A DNA stretch of 64,000 bases from positions 23,578-87,577 of the forward strand of contig NZ_CAUHPG010000007.1 of assembly GCF_959608125.1 (NCBI RefSeq). Reading direction: 5' to 3'. This DNA is from an uncultured Slackia sp. Its GTDB lineage: Bacteria; Actinomycetota; Coriobacteriia; Coriobacteriales; Eggerthellaceae. Below the pieces are notes generated by a model. The model had not been told where the DNA came from. It saw only the letters and a program-made list of their open reading frames with translations, and searched no databases. The translations under genes and the position numbers were made by a program. Below are positions 28,630 through 38,259 of the stretch, one piece after another; positions within the stretch are counted from its first letter, which is position 1; every line of letters begins with the position of its first letter.

Positions 28630-29073
28630 TTAGGCCAGGCGGCTGCCGATCTCTTTCGCAGCGGCGGCCTTGTCGAAGTTTCCGCCGGTGGCAGCGTTAA
28701 GCGCGCCCATGACCTTGCCCATGTCGCGCTTGGTTTCGGCGCCCACTTCGGCAATCGTCTTCTCGACCAGGGCCACCAGCTCGGCGCCTTCGATCTGCTT
28801 GGGCAGGTAGGCCTCGAGAATTTCCACCTGTTCCTTCAGCATGGCGGTGCGCTCTTCGTTGGTGCCCGCCTTGATGGAACCCTCGAGCGTTTCACTCGTC
28901 TGCTTGACCAGGCGCTTCAGCATGGCATCGACGTCGGCCTCGACGATTTCACGGCGCTCATTGACTTCGATGTTTTTCACCTCGCCCAAAACCTGGCGCA
29001 GAATGGCCAGGCGGTTTTTGTCGCGGGCGCGCATGGCGTTCTTGATTTCTTCCTGCAGTGCGGCGTATTCCAT
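28630..29073 (-). CDS. GatB/YqeY domain protein
   Basis: KNAMRARDK.RL..LR, LEAYLPKQ, DMGKVMG; GGAGG RBS. Confidence 0.9.
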   Translation of the reverse strand: MEYAALQEEIKNAMRARDKNRLAILRQVLGEVKNIEVNERREIVEADVDAMLKRLVKQTSETLEGSIKAGTNEERTAMLKEQVEILEAYLPKQIEGAELVALVEKTIAEVGAETKRDMGKVMGALNAATGGNFDKAAAAKEIGSRLA

Positions 29074-29267
29074 GATGCCTCCCCGTATCTCGTATCGCGC
29101 GCCCGGCGGCGCGCGGATTTTGTCGTACGCCAAAGTATAACGCGCGCGAAAAAGCGCAATGCGAAACGAACCGGAAACGCATCCGACCGCCCGAAACGAC
29201 AGAAAAAGCAACGCATGCCGCGCCGAAGCGGAAGTTCGAAGGGCGCGCTGGGGGCGCGGGGCTCACT

Positions 29268-29470
29268 TTGGAAAAAAGAGGTGCCTCAGGCCAAAAAATG
29301 CGAGGTTTGGCACGAAAACAGACGGGGAGGCCGCCGTAGCAGTCACGATAATCCACAAGATTGTATAAAACGCGGCATATTAAGGCCGAAATCGCCTCGA
29401 AAAGCCGCACACGCATCCGCGCTCGTGGCACACCCTCGAAAAAATGGCCTGAGACGCCTTCTTTTTCCAA
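29268..29470. repeat. Long imperfect inverted repeat (about 200-nt fold-back), candidate ncRNA or MITE remnant
   Basis: TTGGAAAAAAGAGGTGCCTCAGGCCA pairs with TGGCCTGAGACGCCTTCTTTTTCCAA; pairing continues inward. Confidence 0.6.
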
Positions 29471-29522
29471 GAAAGGGCGACGAACATCAAGTTGATGACT
29501 GACGCTCATACCATCGAAAAAC

Positions 29523-29558
29523 AAAAAGCCGGATCCGATCAAATCGGATCCGGCTTTG
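29523..29558 (-). terminator. Terminator of cydAB
   Basis: AAAGCCGGATCCGAT-CAA-ATCGGATCCGGCTTT perfect hairpin with flanking A/T runs. Confidence 0.8.
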
Positions 29559-29622
29559 AAACCGTATGCCAGGACGTTCGGTTCAAACGCTGTCGCACGC
29601 TTGCAAAAGACGTCCGAACGCC

Positions 29623-30678
29623 TTAGTAATGCAGGTCCTTCGTGTCCACGCGACCGCGGAAGGTGCGATAGATCATGAAGTGATACGCGAGCACCAGCGG
29701 CAAGCCGACGCAGGTGATGCCCAGCATCCAAGCCAAAGCAAGGTCGGTCGACGCGGCGGTAGCGATGGTGATGCTCTCACCCGACGCGGCGGTAGCGAAA
29801 ATGCTCAGCGGATCGCCGGCGCCGGCAACAACCAGGTTGGGGAACATGAGAGCCGCCCACAAAGCAACCAACATGGCGCATGCAGCCGAGGACGCGATGA
29901 AGGTCGGCAGGTCCGCGGAATCATCCCTGCTCTTAAGAATGGCGACCACCAAGGCGATAATCACCAGCGCGAAGAAGAGCATGCGCAGGATCGACGTCTC
30001 GGGAGCCATCTCGGGCTTGAGGATGAACAGCGCGTAGCCCGCAGTCACCAGGAACAAAACGCCTGCGGCCACCAGGGCGATGCTGCGGATCTTCTTGGCG
30101 CGAGCACGTACCTCGGAGTCCAAGGGAGCCTTGAGAGACAGCCAGCTGGAACCCTGGCAGATGAACAGGCTCAGGCCCAGAAGACCGGTAAGCAGCGTGA
30201 ACGGAGTGACCAGGCCCAGCAGAGGAACGCCCACGTAGTCGCCGTTAGCATCCATCGGAATGCCGGCGAACACGTTGCCCGCCGCAACGCCCAGCAGAAG
30301 CGCGGGCAGAAGCGAACCGACGAAGAACAGCGCATTCCAGATTTTGGACCATTCCTTGTCATGGCCGGCGAATTCGACGGATGCGGCACGAACGATCAGG
30401 CCCATGAGAACCAAGATGATAGCCAGGTAGAAGCCGGAGAACGTGGTGGCGTACGCCGGCGCGAATGCGGCGAACAGCGCGCCGCCCGCGGTAAGCAGCC
30501 AAACCTCGTTACCGTCCCACACAGGGCCGATGCTTTGGCGAACGATGGCCTTCTCTTCGTCGTTTTTCGCGACGAAGGGGCTCAGAACGCCCGCGCCCAG
30601 GTCGAAGCCGTCCAGGATGAAGTAGCCGGCGATCAGGACGAAGATGAGGCAGAACCAGATAATTCCGAGAGTCGTCAT
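29623..30678 (-). CDS. cydB: Cytochrome bd quinol oxidase subunit II
   Basis: LDGFDLGAG, GPVWDGNEVWL. Confidence 0.96.
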   Translation of the reverse strand: MTTLGIIWFCLIFVLIAGYFILDGFDLGAGVLSPFVAKNDEEKAIVRQSIGPVWDGNEVWLLTAGGALFAAFAPAYATTFSGFYLAIILVLMGLIVRAASVEFAGHDKEWSKIWNALFFVGSLLPALLLGVAAGNVFAGIPMDANGDYVGVPLLGLVTPFTLLTGLLGLSLFICQGSSWLSLKAPLDSEVRARAKKIRSIALVAAGVLFLVTAGYALFILKPEMAPETSILRMLFFALVIIALVVAILKSRDDSADLPTFIASSAACAMLVALWAALMFPNLVVAGAGDPLSIFATAASGESITIATAASTDLALAWMLGITCVGLPLVLAYHFMIYRTFRGRVDTKDLHY

Positions 30679-30681
30679 GAC

Positions 30682-32163
30682 TTATGCCTCCTTCTTCTTG
30701 CTATCGGCAGCGTCGTCGGCAGCAGCCTCGGCGACGGCCTTGTCGGAAGCCTTCGCGGCGGCCTTTTCGGCCTTCTTGGCGGCGTGGGCCTCGACGAGCA
30801 CCGGGCCTTCCTTGATGAAGCGGCCGATCAGACGAACCCATGCTACGGCCAGGAACAGGTACACCACCAGGAACAGCAGGATAGTGATGATAAGCTCGGG
30901 GGCCGAAACGGACTGAGAAATCGCGTCGTTGGTCAGCAGCGAGACGCCGTCGGGGCCGCTCACGGACGGGTACACGACGTAAGGCTGACGACCCACCTCG
31001 GCGGTTACCCAGCCGGACTGGATGGCCAGGAACGGGAACAGCGGGGACAGAATCAAAATCCACTGGACCCACTTCTTAGAGCCGAGCTTGCCGTTCTTCT
31101 TGAAGGCGACAAGAGCGGCCAGGATAATGGCGAGCGCGATCATACCGAACAGCGCGACCATCAGGTGATAGCTCTGGAACACGAGGTTCACGGGCATCTC
31201 ATCGAGCTTGAGCTCGGGATTCTCGGCGGCCAGATCCTTGAGGCCCGGATACTCCTTGTCGAAGTCGCCGGAAGCGAGCCAGCTGGTGAAACCGGGCAGA
31301 GCGAAGGGAGCGATGGTTTCCTGGCTCTCTTCGTCGACGATGCCCACGGCGTACAGAGGCAACGTGCCGGTCTCGTAGTGGCCTTCCATCATGGCGATCT
31401 TGGAAGGCTGCTCTTCAGCAACCACGACGGCGGAAGAATGCGCGGAGATGAACAGGCAGCCGGTGGCGACGATGGCAACCACGACGCCGGTCTTCATGGT
31501 CTTCTCGGCGAAGTGCTGATGCTTGTTCTTATGCATGTACCAAGCAGACAGGGCAATGGCCACGAACGCGCCCAGGACCAGCAACGCCAAAACGGTGTGG
31601 CTGTAACGCGGGAGCGTGGTGGGGTTGAAGGCGGCGGCGAAGAAGTCGGTGATCACGGCCTTGCTGCCGTCGGCGGCGAGCTCGGCGCCGGCGGGAGTCT
31701 GCATCCAGGAGTTGGCGATAAGAATCCACAGTGCGGAAAGGCAGCTGCCGAACCAAACCAGCCAAGAAGAAATCATGTAGAACTTCGGGCTCACCTTGGC
31801 GCGGCCGAAAAGCACGATGCCCAGGAAGACCGACTCGAGGAAGAATGCAAGCAAAGCCTCGGCGGCCAGAGGAGCGCCGAAGATGTCGCCTACGAAACGG
31901 CTGTAATCAGCCCAGTTGGTGCCGAAGGAGAACTCCATGGTGATGCCGGTGGCAACGCCGATGGCGAACGTCGTGGTGAAGATCTTCACCCAGAAGCGCG
32001 TAGCGGCTTCGTCTTTCGGGTCGCGGGTTTTGTAGTACCGCGTTTCGTTGATGGCCATGATCAAGCCGAGACCGATGGACAGCGGAACGAAGCAGAAGTG
32101 GAAGATGACCACCAGTGCAAACTGAATACGCGAAAGCAGCGCGACATCGGTAAAGAGCTCCAT
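30682..32163 (-). CDS. cydA: Cytochrome bd quinol oxidase subunit I
   Basis: LSRIQFA...FH, EFSFGTNW, AFFLES, NSWMQTP, QPSKIAMMEG, EVGRQPY. Confidence 0.96.
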   Translation of the reverse strand: MELFTDVALLSRIQFALVVIFHFCFVPLSIGLGLIMAINETRYYKTRDPKDEAATRFWVKIFTTTFAIGVATGITMEFSFGTNWADYSRFVGDIFGAPLAAEALLAFFLESVFLGIVLFGRAKVSPKFYMISSWLVWFGSCLSALWILIANSWMQTPAGAELAADGSKAVITDFFAAAFNPTTLPRYSHTVLALLVLGAFVAIALSAWYMHKNKHQHFAEKTMKTGVVVAIVATGCLFISAHSSAVVVAEEQPSKIAMMEGHYETGTLPLYAVGIVDEESQETIAPFALPGFTSWLASGDFDKEYPGLKDLAAENPELKLDEMPVNLVFQSYHLMVALFGMIALAIILAALVAFKKNGKLGSKKWVQWILILSPLFPFLAIQSGWVTAEVGRQPYVVYPSVSGPDGVSLLTNDAISQSVSAPELIITILLFLVVYLFLAVAWVRLIGRFIKEGPVLVEAHAAKKAEKAAAKASDKAVAEAAADDAADSKKKEA

Positions 32164-32531
32164 AGCACACCCCCTTTTCTTTTTTTCTCGCGCCCGCAGG
32201 CGCATCCCCTTTTACCTCCTTCGCGGCCGCGGCGTTCCGACGGCCCGAAGGCTTTCTTTTTTCGGTGCTTTCCTTGACCTACGCCGCATTCGAACCGCGA
32301 ATGGGATCGCCCACGGCCACATACAAACACCGTTGGCCCAGAAAAACACGGTGCCATCATACCACGTTCTCGTTTTTATATGTTATTAGTTTGGTATCAA
32401 TTTATATATTTTTACGAGACGAGAACAAACGCAGGTCAAATAGACGAGCTGCGCGAGATCCGCAGATACAAAAAAGGCGCAGAGCCGAAGCTCCGCGCCT
32501 TGAAAGAGGCATCTAACGCACTTGAAGGAAA

Positions 32532-33017
32532 CTACTTGCTTGCATGCTTGGCGGTGCCGCGGCGCAGCAGGAAGAAGGCGAATGCGGCGACGACGATCGT
32601 AGCGGTGCCCACAGCACACACGGTCTGCAGATGGATCATCGGAATGCCGACCAGCATGCCGATGATGTAGGGGACCAGCCAAAGCAGCCACACGAGGGTG
32701 CTGAACTTATGGAAGGTCTTTTCGGCACGTTCGTTGCGACGAACATAGGTCGCCGTAGCCCAAACCGCATGCACGAGCATAAGGATGATGGCCAAGAGGC
32801 CGGAAATCGCATGGATGCCGAACCCGGTCGCGCCGGACGTCTGCGCGATATTGGTCATGATCGTCGTGCCCGTAGTGTCGAATACCAAGCCGCACCAAAA
32901 CATGACGACATGGCTCAGTTTGAGGGTGTTTGCGCGACGCTCAGAGAACACGCCTACGGTGTAGAAGACGAGAGCCAGCGTAATGGCGGCGGAGGCGGCG
33001 ATCAATTCGAAACTCAT
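32532..33017 (-). CDS. HsmA/TIGR03987-like membrane protein
   Basis: ITLALVFYTVGV, GLVFDTTGT, H.ISGL.AI.LM..HA.WA, FHKFS..VW..WLVPY. Confidence 0.75.
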   Translation of the reverse strand: MSFELIAASAAITLALVFYTVGVFSERRANTLKLSHVVMFWCGLVFDTTGTTIMTNIAQTSGATGFGIHAISGLLAIILMLVHAVWATATYVRRNERAEKTFHKFSTLVWLLWLVPYIIGMLVGIPMIHLQTVCAVGTATIVVAAFAFFLLRRGTAKHASK

Positions 33018-33060
33018 AACTATCCCTTTCCTTATGTTATCAGCTGCGTTTCTTTCGTAT

Positions 33061-33096
33061 TTCTGAACTATGTTCATAAATGAACGTTGTTCAGAA
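33061..33096. promoter_or_regulatory. Tandem operator pair TGAAC-N3-GTTCA between divergent membrane gene and TetR
   Basis: TGAACTATGTTCA (33064-33076) and TGAACGTTGTTCA (33081-33093), together a larger inverted repeat. Confidence 0.7.
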
Positions 33097-33182
33097 TAAT
33101 AAGATTCCCAGCTGATTGCAATGGCATGCGTCTTGCTTCATCATTTCATCAAGAAAATCGGAGAGCCTGGAGGCAAGTCGAC

Positions 33183-33749
33183 ATGGGCAACAAGGCCGTC
33201 ATATCGAGACAGCATATTCTGGAAACAGCATACGACCTGTTCAGAACCGAAGAAGCATCTTCTCTCAGCATTCGTGGAGTCGCTGCGGCGTGCGGTGTGA
33301 GCGTGGGATCTATTTACAACTACTTCCCCACGAAATCGGCTCTTGTGGCCGAAATAGTCGAGATGTTCTGGCGGGAATCGCTTCATAAGGAAATGTTCAT
33401 CGCCGCATCGGACGAGAATTTCGTTGCATTCTGCGAGCGCCTTATCGAAGACCTTCGCACGACGCTCGAAGTATTCCGCCGCGATTGGCTGACGAAGCTC
33501 ATGGCCCTCGACACCGAATGCGTCCGGGAGATTCGTCGGCGTGAAGAAGCGGCATTCGTCCATATTCGCAGAGGATTGACCGTCGTCATTTGCAACGACA
33601 AGGACATCAAGCTCGATGTCATCGGCGGCGAAGAGGGAATCGACAGGCTTGCAACCCTGGTCTGGAGCACGATCGTAACGTCTCTCGAGCACGGCGACGA
33701 GTCGCACAGGGCGCTATTCGCCCTCATCCACGAGGCGCTGTACGACTAA
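33183..33749 (+). CDS. TetR/AcrR family regulator
   Basis: LSIRGVAAACGVSVGSIYNYFPTKSAL HTH; GGAGG RBS. Confidence 0.92.
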   Translation: MGNKAVISRQHILETAYDLFRTEEASSLSIRGVAAACGVSVGSIYNYFPTKSALVAEIVEMFWRESLHKEMFIAASDENFVAFCERLIEDLRTTLEVFRRDWLTKLMALDTECVREIRRREEAAFVHIRRGLTVVICNDKDIKLDVIGGEEGIDRLATLVWSTIVTSLEHGDESHRALFALIHEALYD

Positions 33750-33859
33750 GCGCGATCGCGCCCGAACGTCTCCAACGCAACGAGCCGCGGCATGCACGCC
33801 GCGGCTCGTTGTATTCTCCTTATATATGCAATGTCACGGCATCCGCAACGCAGCGGAGC

Positions 33860-34984
33860 CTAGAGCGCCGCACCCCTCAAAACGACCTGACGAAGCGTCA
33901 GGTCTTCGCCGAGAAGGGCGATGTCGGCGATGGCACCCGGCTCGAGCGTGCCGCGCTCGCCAAGGATGCCCAGTGCGCGAGCAGGATTGACCGAAGCCGC
34001 CTTGACCGCCGCGACCAGGGGAATATCCATGTCGCACACCGCAACGCGGAAGCACTCCATGAGGTCGGTCGCGCTGCCTGCGAGCGTGCCGTCGTGCAGC
34101 GTGGCGCGATTGCCGCGCACGGTGACGGCCTGGCCGCCCAGACTATATTCGCCGTCGTCGAGGCCGGTAGCCATCATGGAGTCGCTGACCAGAATCATAT
34201 TGTCCTCGCCGAACAGGCGGAATGCCGCACGAACCGCCGAGGGGTGGATGTGCACGCCGTCGGTGATGATTTCGGGGGTCGCGCCCGCATCGGCCGCGGC
34301 GCCGATCACGCCGGGCTCGCGATGGGCCAAAGGCGGCATGGCGTTGAACAGGTGGGTCACATGGGCCGCACCGGCTTCGAACGCTTCGCGCGCCTGGTCG
34401 TATGTCGCGCAGGTATGGGCGATCGAAATGCGCACGGAATCGGACATGTCACGGATGAACTCGATCGCACCCGGTTCCTCGGGAGCGATATCGACGATTT
34501 TGAACAGTCCGCCCGCGGCCTCCTGCAGGCGCTCGAACATGGCAGCATCGGGAGTCTGCACGTAAGCAGGATTCTGCGCGCCCACCTTGTTGGGGCTGAT
34601 GTAAGGGCCTTCCATGTTGATGCCGACGAGAGCCGCGGCGTCGGGAGCATCCTCATGCTCGGCCGCGCAACGGGCGATGCCCGCCAGCTTCTCTTCGGGA
34701 TAGGTCATCGTGGCGGGACAATACGCCGTCACGCCTCGCGACGCCTGGTAGCGGCAGATAGCGTCGATCGCCTCGTGCGTGCCGTCGCAGAAGTCGTAGC
34801 CCATGGCGCCGTGGGAATGCACGTCGACAAAACCCGGCACGGCATAGCAACCGGAGGCGTCGATCACGTCGCACGGACCCTCGACGGGACCCTCGACGAT
34901 GCGACCGTCCTGCACGAACAGGCTTTTCTCTTCGAAGGCGCCTCCGACGAACACCTTCGCTCCTTTAATCTGAAGAGCACCCAT
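33860..34984 (-). CDS. nagA: N-acetylglucosamine-6-phosphate deacetylase
   Basis: PGFVDVHSHG, MEGPYIS, THLFNAM, DGVH, LAGS, NPAR. Confidence 0.95.
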   Translation of the reverse strand: MGALQIKGAKVFVGGAFEEKSLFVQDGRIVEGPVEGPCDVIDASGCYAVPGFVDVHSHGAMGYDFCDGTHEAIDAICRYQASRGVTAYCPATMTYPEEKLAGIARCAAEHEDAPDAAALVGINMEGPYISPNKVGAQNPAYVQTPDAAMFERLQEAAGGLFKIVDIAPEEPGAIEFIRDMSDSVRISIAHTCATYDQAREAFEAGAAHVTHLFNAMPPLAHREPGVIGAAADAGATPEIITDGVHIHPSAVRAAFRLFGEDNMILVSDSMMATGLDDGEYSLGGQAVTVRGNRATLHDGTLAGSATDLMECFRVAVCDMDIPLVAAVKAASVNPARALGILGERGTLEPGAIADIALLGEDLTLRQVVLRGAAL

Positions 34985-35121
34985 AACCCTTCCTTTCTTC
35001 ATAAAAACGGCCCGTCGCAAACGCGGCAGGCCGTTTCTCTCTTTATTTCATCTATCCGACGAGCATTCGTCGGACGGCGGTCGGCCGAACCGGCACGCTG
35101 CAGACGATGGAAAGCCGCCGC

Positions 35122-35919
35122 TTAGTGGCAGCTGCAACCCTCTTCGCCGTGCTCGTGGCCATGGCCGCAGCCGCATGCCTCTTCGGCGATTTCCTCGCAC
35201 GCGGAGAACGCAGCCTCGTCCACAACCGCGATGGCGTTGGGGTGGAACTGCAGAATGGAAGCGGGAACCTGCGGGGTGACGGGGCCGAAGAACACGTCGC
35301 GCACGATCTGCGCCTTGTCTTCGCCGCTGACCACAAGAAGAATCTGCTTAGCGGCCATGATGGTGCCGATGCCCATGGTGTAGGCCTGGCGCGGCACTTC
35401 GTCGGCGGAATTGAACAGGCGGCTGTTCGCGTTGATGGTGCTTTCGGTCAGATCGACGCAGTTGGTTTCCTTGGTGAACTCGTCGGCAGGCTCGTTAAAG
35501 CCGATGTGGCCGTTGTGGCCCAGGCCGAGAAGCTGCAGATCGACGCCGCCGGCCAATGTGATGGAAGCCTCATAGGCTTCGCATGCCGCCTCGGCGTCGG
35601 GATTGGCGCCGTTGGGAACATGCGTGTTCTCGGGACGCACGTTCACATGGCTGAACAGGTGCTTCTGCATGAAGTAGTGATAGCTCTGCTCATGATCGGC
35701 GGGCAGACCGCGATACTCGTCGAGGTTGAACGTGGCCACGCGGGAGAAGTCGAGACCCTCCTCTTCGTAGCGCTTCACCAGTTCGGCGTACAGGCCCTCG
35801 GGCGTGGAGCCCGTGGCAAGGCCGAGGACGCAACCAGGCTTTTCGGCAACGAGCTCGGCGATGATGTCGGCCGCAGCCTCGCTCATGTCCTGGTAATCTT
35901 TGGCTACGATGATTTCCAT
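35122..35919 (-). CDS. nagB: Glucosamine-6-phosphate deaminase with His/Cys tail
   Basis: LGLATGSTP, FNLDEY, GHNGHIGFNEP, PASILQ. Confidence 0.95.
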   Translation of the reverse strand: MEIIVAKDYQDMSEAAADIIAELVAEKPGCVLGLATGSTPEGLYAELVKRYEEEGLDFSRVATFNLDEYRGLPADHEQSYHYFMQKHLFSHVNVRPENTHVPNGANPDAEAACEAYEASITLAGGVDLQLLGLGHNGHIGFNEPADEFTKETNCVDLTESTINANSRLFNSADEVPRQAYTMGIGTIMAAKQILLVVSGEDKAQIVRDVFFGPVTPQVPASILQFHPNAIAVVDEAAFSACEEIAEEACGCGHGHEHGEEGCSCH

Positions 35920-36178
35920 TGAAACCCCTCTCGTATCATGCATGCCCGCATCCTCCAAGACGCGAGCGAAACGCCGCTTTCGCATACCTCATCATAATGA
36001 CAAAGCGAAGGCGGGCGATTGTTTCAGGTTGAAGAAATAGCACGGAATCAGCAGGGCGAACCGAGCATGAAGCCAATCCACATGCGAAACCTCTATGCGA
36101 AATTGGAAGTACATTCGCAAAGCGACCTATACTTGCTTCTGGAAAACAACGTGAAAACCCCTGGGCAGGAGGAAATCC

Positions 36179-36832
36179 ATGACCGCCGATAGAACCTTCG
36201 ACGCCTTCGTTTTCGACCTTGACGGAACGTTGCTGGACACGCTTCCCGACCTGGTCAGCGTGACCAACCGAACCCTGCGACACTTCGGCCAGCCAGAACA
36301 CACGCGCGACGAGATCCTCGCCATGGTGGGAAACGGCCTCCGCTCGCTCATCTCGCAAGCGGTACCCGCCGACACCTCCGATGACGAGCTCGAAAGGGAG
36401 CTTGCCTACTGGAAAGAGGCCTACGACTCCTGCGGCCATGCACACACGACCCTGTATCCCGGAATGATGGAAACGCTCGAAGAGCTGAAAGCCCGCGGCA
36501 AGAAACTCGCCGTGCTGTCAAACAAGTTCGACGGCGGCGTTAAAGACGTCATGGCCCACTTCATGCCCGGATTCATGGATTTCGAGCTGGGTGAAGGCCC
36601 CGTGCCCCGCAAGCCTGACCCCGAAGGCCTGCTGCTCGTGGCGAAGACTCTCGGCATCGAGCCCGAACGTGTGACCTACGTAGGCGATTCCGCCGACACC
36701 GATATGCTTGTCGCTCATAACGCAGGAGCGTTCGGAATCGGTGTGACCTGGGGATACCAACCCACCGAACGCCTCGCCGCAACAGCTGACGCGCTGATCG
36801 ATGAGCCGCGGAGACTGCTCGATTTCGCATAA
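36179..36832 (+). CDS. HAD-superfamily phosphatase (phosphoglycolate phosphatase-like)
   Basis: FDLDGTLLDT, LSNK, KPDP, YVGDS. Confidence 0.9.
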   Translation: MTADRTFDAFVFDLDGTLLDTLPDLVSVTNRTLRHFGQPEHTRDEILAMVGNGLRSLISQAVPADTSDDELERELAYWKEAYDSCGHAHTTLYPGMMETLEELKARGKKLAVLSNKFDGGVKDVMAHFMPGFMDFELGEGPVPRKPDPEGLLLVAKTLGIEPERVTYVGDSADTDMLVAHNAGAFGIGVTWGYQPTERLAATADALIDEPRRLLDFA

Positions 36833-37056
36833 CGCCGCTCACCGACAACGACGAGAAGATAGCGAACGATTCAAACGACACCCTGTCGACGAGCGGCGAT
36901 GCGATGCCGCGAAGCGGCGGCCGTTCACGGCGAAGCCCGCCGCTTGCCATAACGCCCCTGCCATGCCAACCTGCCATTCGCCCGTCGACGAAAATCACCC
37001 TCATACAACCCAAGCGGCCGCTTGCCGCCGGTCGCCGATCAAACCAGGAGAATCAC

Positions 37057-38133
37057 GTGCACCATTCGTCCCGTCCTCCCCTTCGACCGCACGGCGAAAA
37101 CGCCGAGGCCGCCGCGCGCGGCCGCCGCGCCGGCGTGAAATTCCGCTTCGCGCGCCTATTCGCCGCACTCGCACTTGCATGCTCGCTCGCGCTGCCGCTG
37201 GCCGCATGCGACAACGCCTCGAACGCGCCCGTCGAAGCCCCATCAGGCCAGGCGGCCGCGACGATCGAAGAGCTCCCCGCATACGATGGCGAGCTTTCCG
37301 TCGAAGTGAACGGGGGACAGCCGGGATTCACCGAACAAGAGTCGGCGCCCGAAGCCGCCGACGATCCTTTCGAAGACTACAGCCCCCTTGATGACCTGGG
37401 ACGATGCGAAACCGCATTTGCCCTGGTAGGCCCCGAAACGCTGCCCGACAAGCCGCGCGGCGACATCTCCAATGTCCACCCCAGCGGCTGGAAGCAAGCG
37501 CGCTACGAGACCATCGACCAGGAAGCTCTCTATAATCGCAGCCACTTGATCGCCCACCAGCTCGCTGGCGAAGACGCAAACGAGCGCAACCTCATCACGG
37601 GCACGCGCACCATGAACGTCGAAGGCATGCTGCCCTACGAAGAACTGGTCGGCGATTACGTGCGCAAGACCGGCAACCACGTGCTCTACCGCGTCACCCC
37701 CGTCTACGAAGGCGACGAGCTGGTTGCCCGCGGCGTGCAGATGGAAGGCTTCTCGGTCGAAGACAGCGGACGCGCTGTGCGCTTCAACGTATTCGTCTAC
37801 AACATCGAGCCAGGCATCCAAATCGACTACGCCACCGGCGACAGCTGGGCATCCGACGACACGCCCGAGGTCATATCGAATAAAGCCATCAACCAGGGGT
37901 CCGAAGGCGGTAAGGGCAGCTCGAGCAACAAGCCCGCCAAGACCGAATCCTCCAAAGCGCAGAACGGAGACACGCAGGCCTCCTACGTACTCAACACCAA
38001 CAGCCGCAAGTTCCACGACCCCTCGTGCCCGTCAACGGATGACATCGCCGACAACAACAGGGAAGACTTCGAAGGAACACGCAACGAGCTGATCGAAAAA
38101 GGCTATGAGCCATGCGGGCGCTGCAACCCTTAA
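37057..38133 (+). CDS. DNA/RNA non-specific endonuclease lipoprotein (EndA-like) with C-terminal metal-binding domain
   Basis: LAAC lipobox; LDDLGR, YNRSHLI, NLITGTR.MN, YRVTP; C-terminal KFH..SC...GYEPCGRCNP; GTG start after AGGAG. Confidence 0.88.
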   Translation: MHHSSRPPLRPHGENAEAAARGRRAGVKFRFARLFAALALACSLALPLAACDNASNAPVEAPSGQAAATIEELPAYDGELSVEVNGGQPGFTEQESAPEAADDPFEDYSPLDDLGRCETAFALVGPETLPDKPRGDISNVHPSGWKQARYETIDQEALYNRSHLIAHQLAGEDANERNLITGTRTMNVEGMLPYEELVGDYVRKTGNHVLYRVTPVYEGDELVARGVQMEGFSVEDSGRAVRFNVFVYNIEPGIQIDYATGDSWASDDTPEVISNKAINQGSEGGKGSSSNKPAKTESSKAQNGDTQASYVLNTNSRKFHDPSCPSTDDIADNNREDFEGTRNELIEKGYEPCGRCNP

Positions 38134-38259
38134 AGCGGACACCGTGCCGTCGCGGTCGCGTTGCGGTTTCGTAACGTCTCTGCGGTAGAATAGCGCCGAA
38201 ACACAAAGTTCCGACTCTGGCCGCTTTCGCCATGAAAGCGCGCATCGGGAAGGCAGCCC

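Noticed and set aside
29566..32277. Long antisense ORFs (903 aa here; also 26794-29502, 13640-15559, 22921-24678, 25213-26709 and others)
   Set aside because: Shadow frames opposite well-supported genes, expected from high GC3; no motifs or RBS
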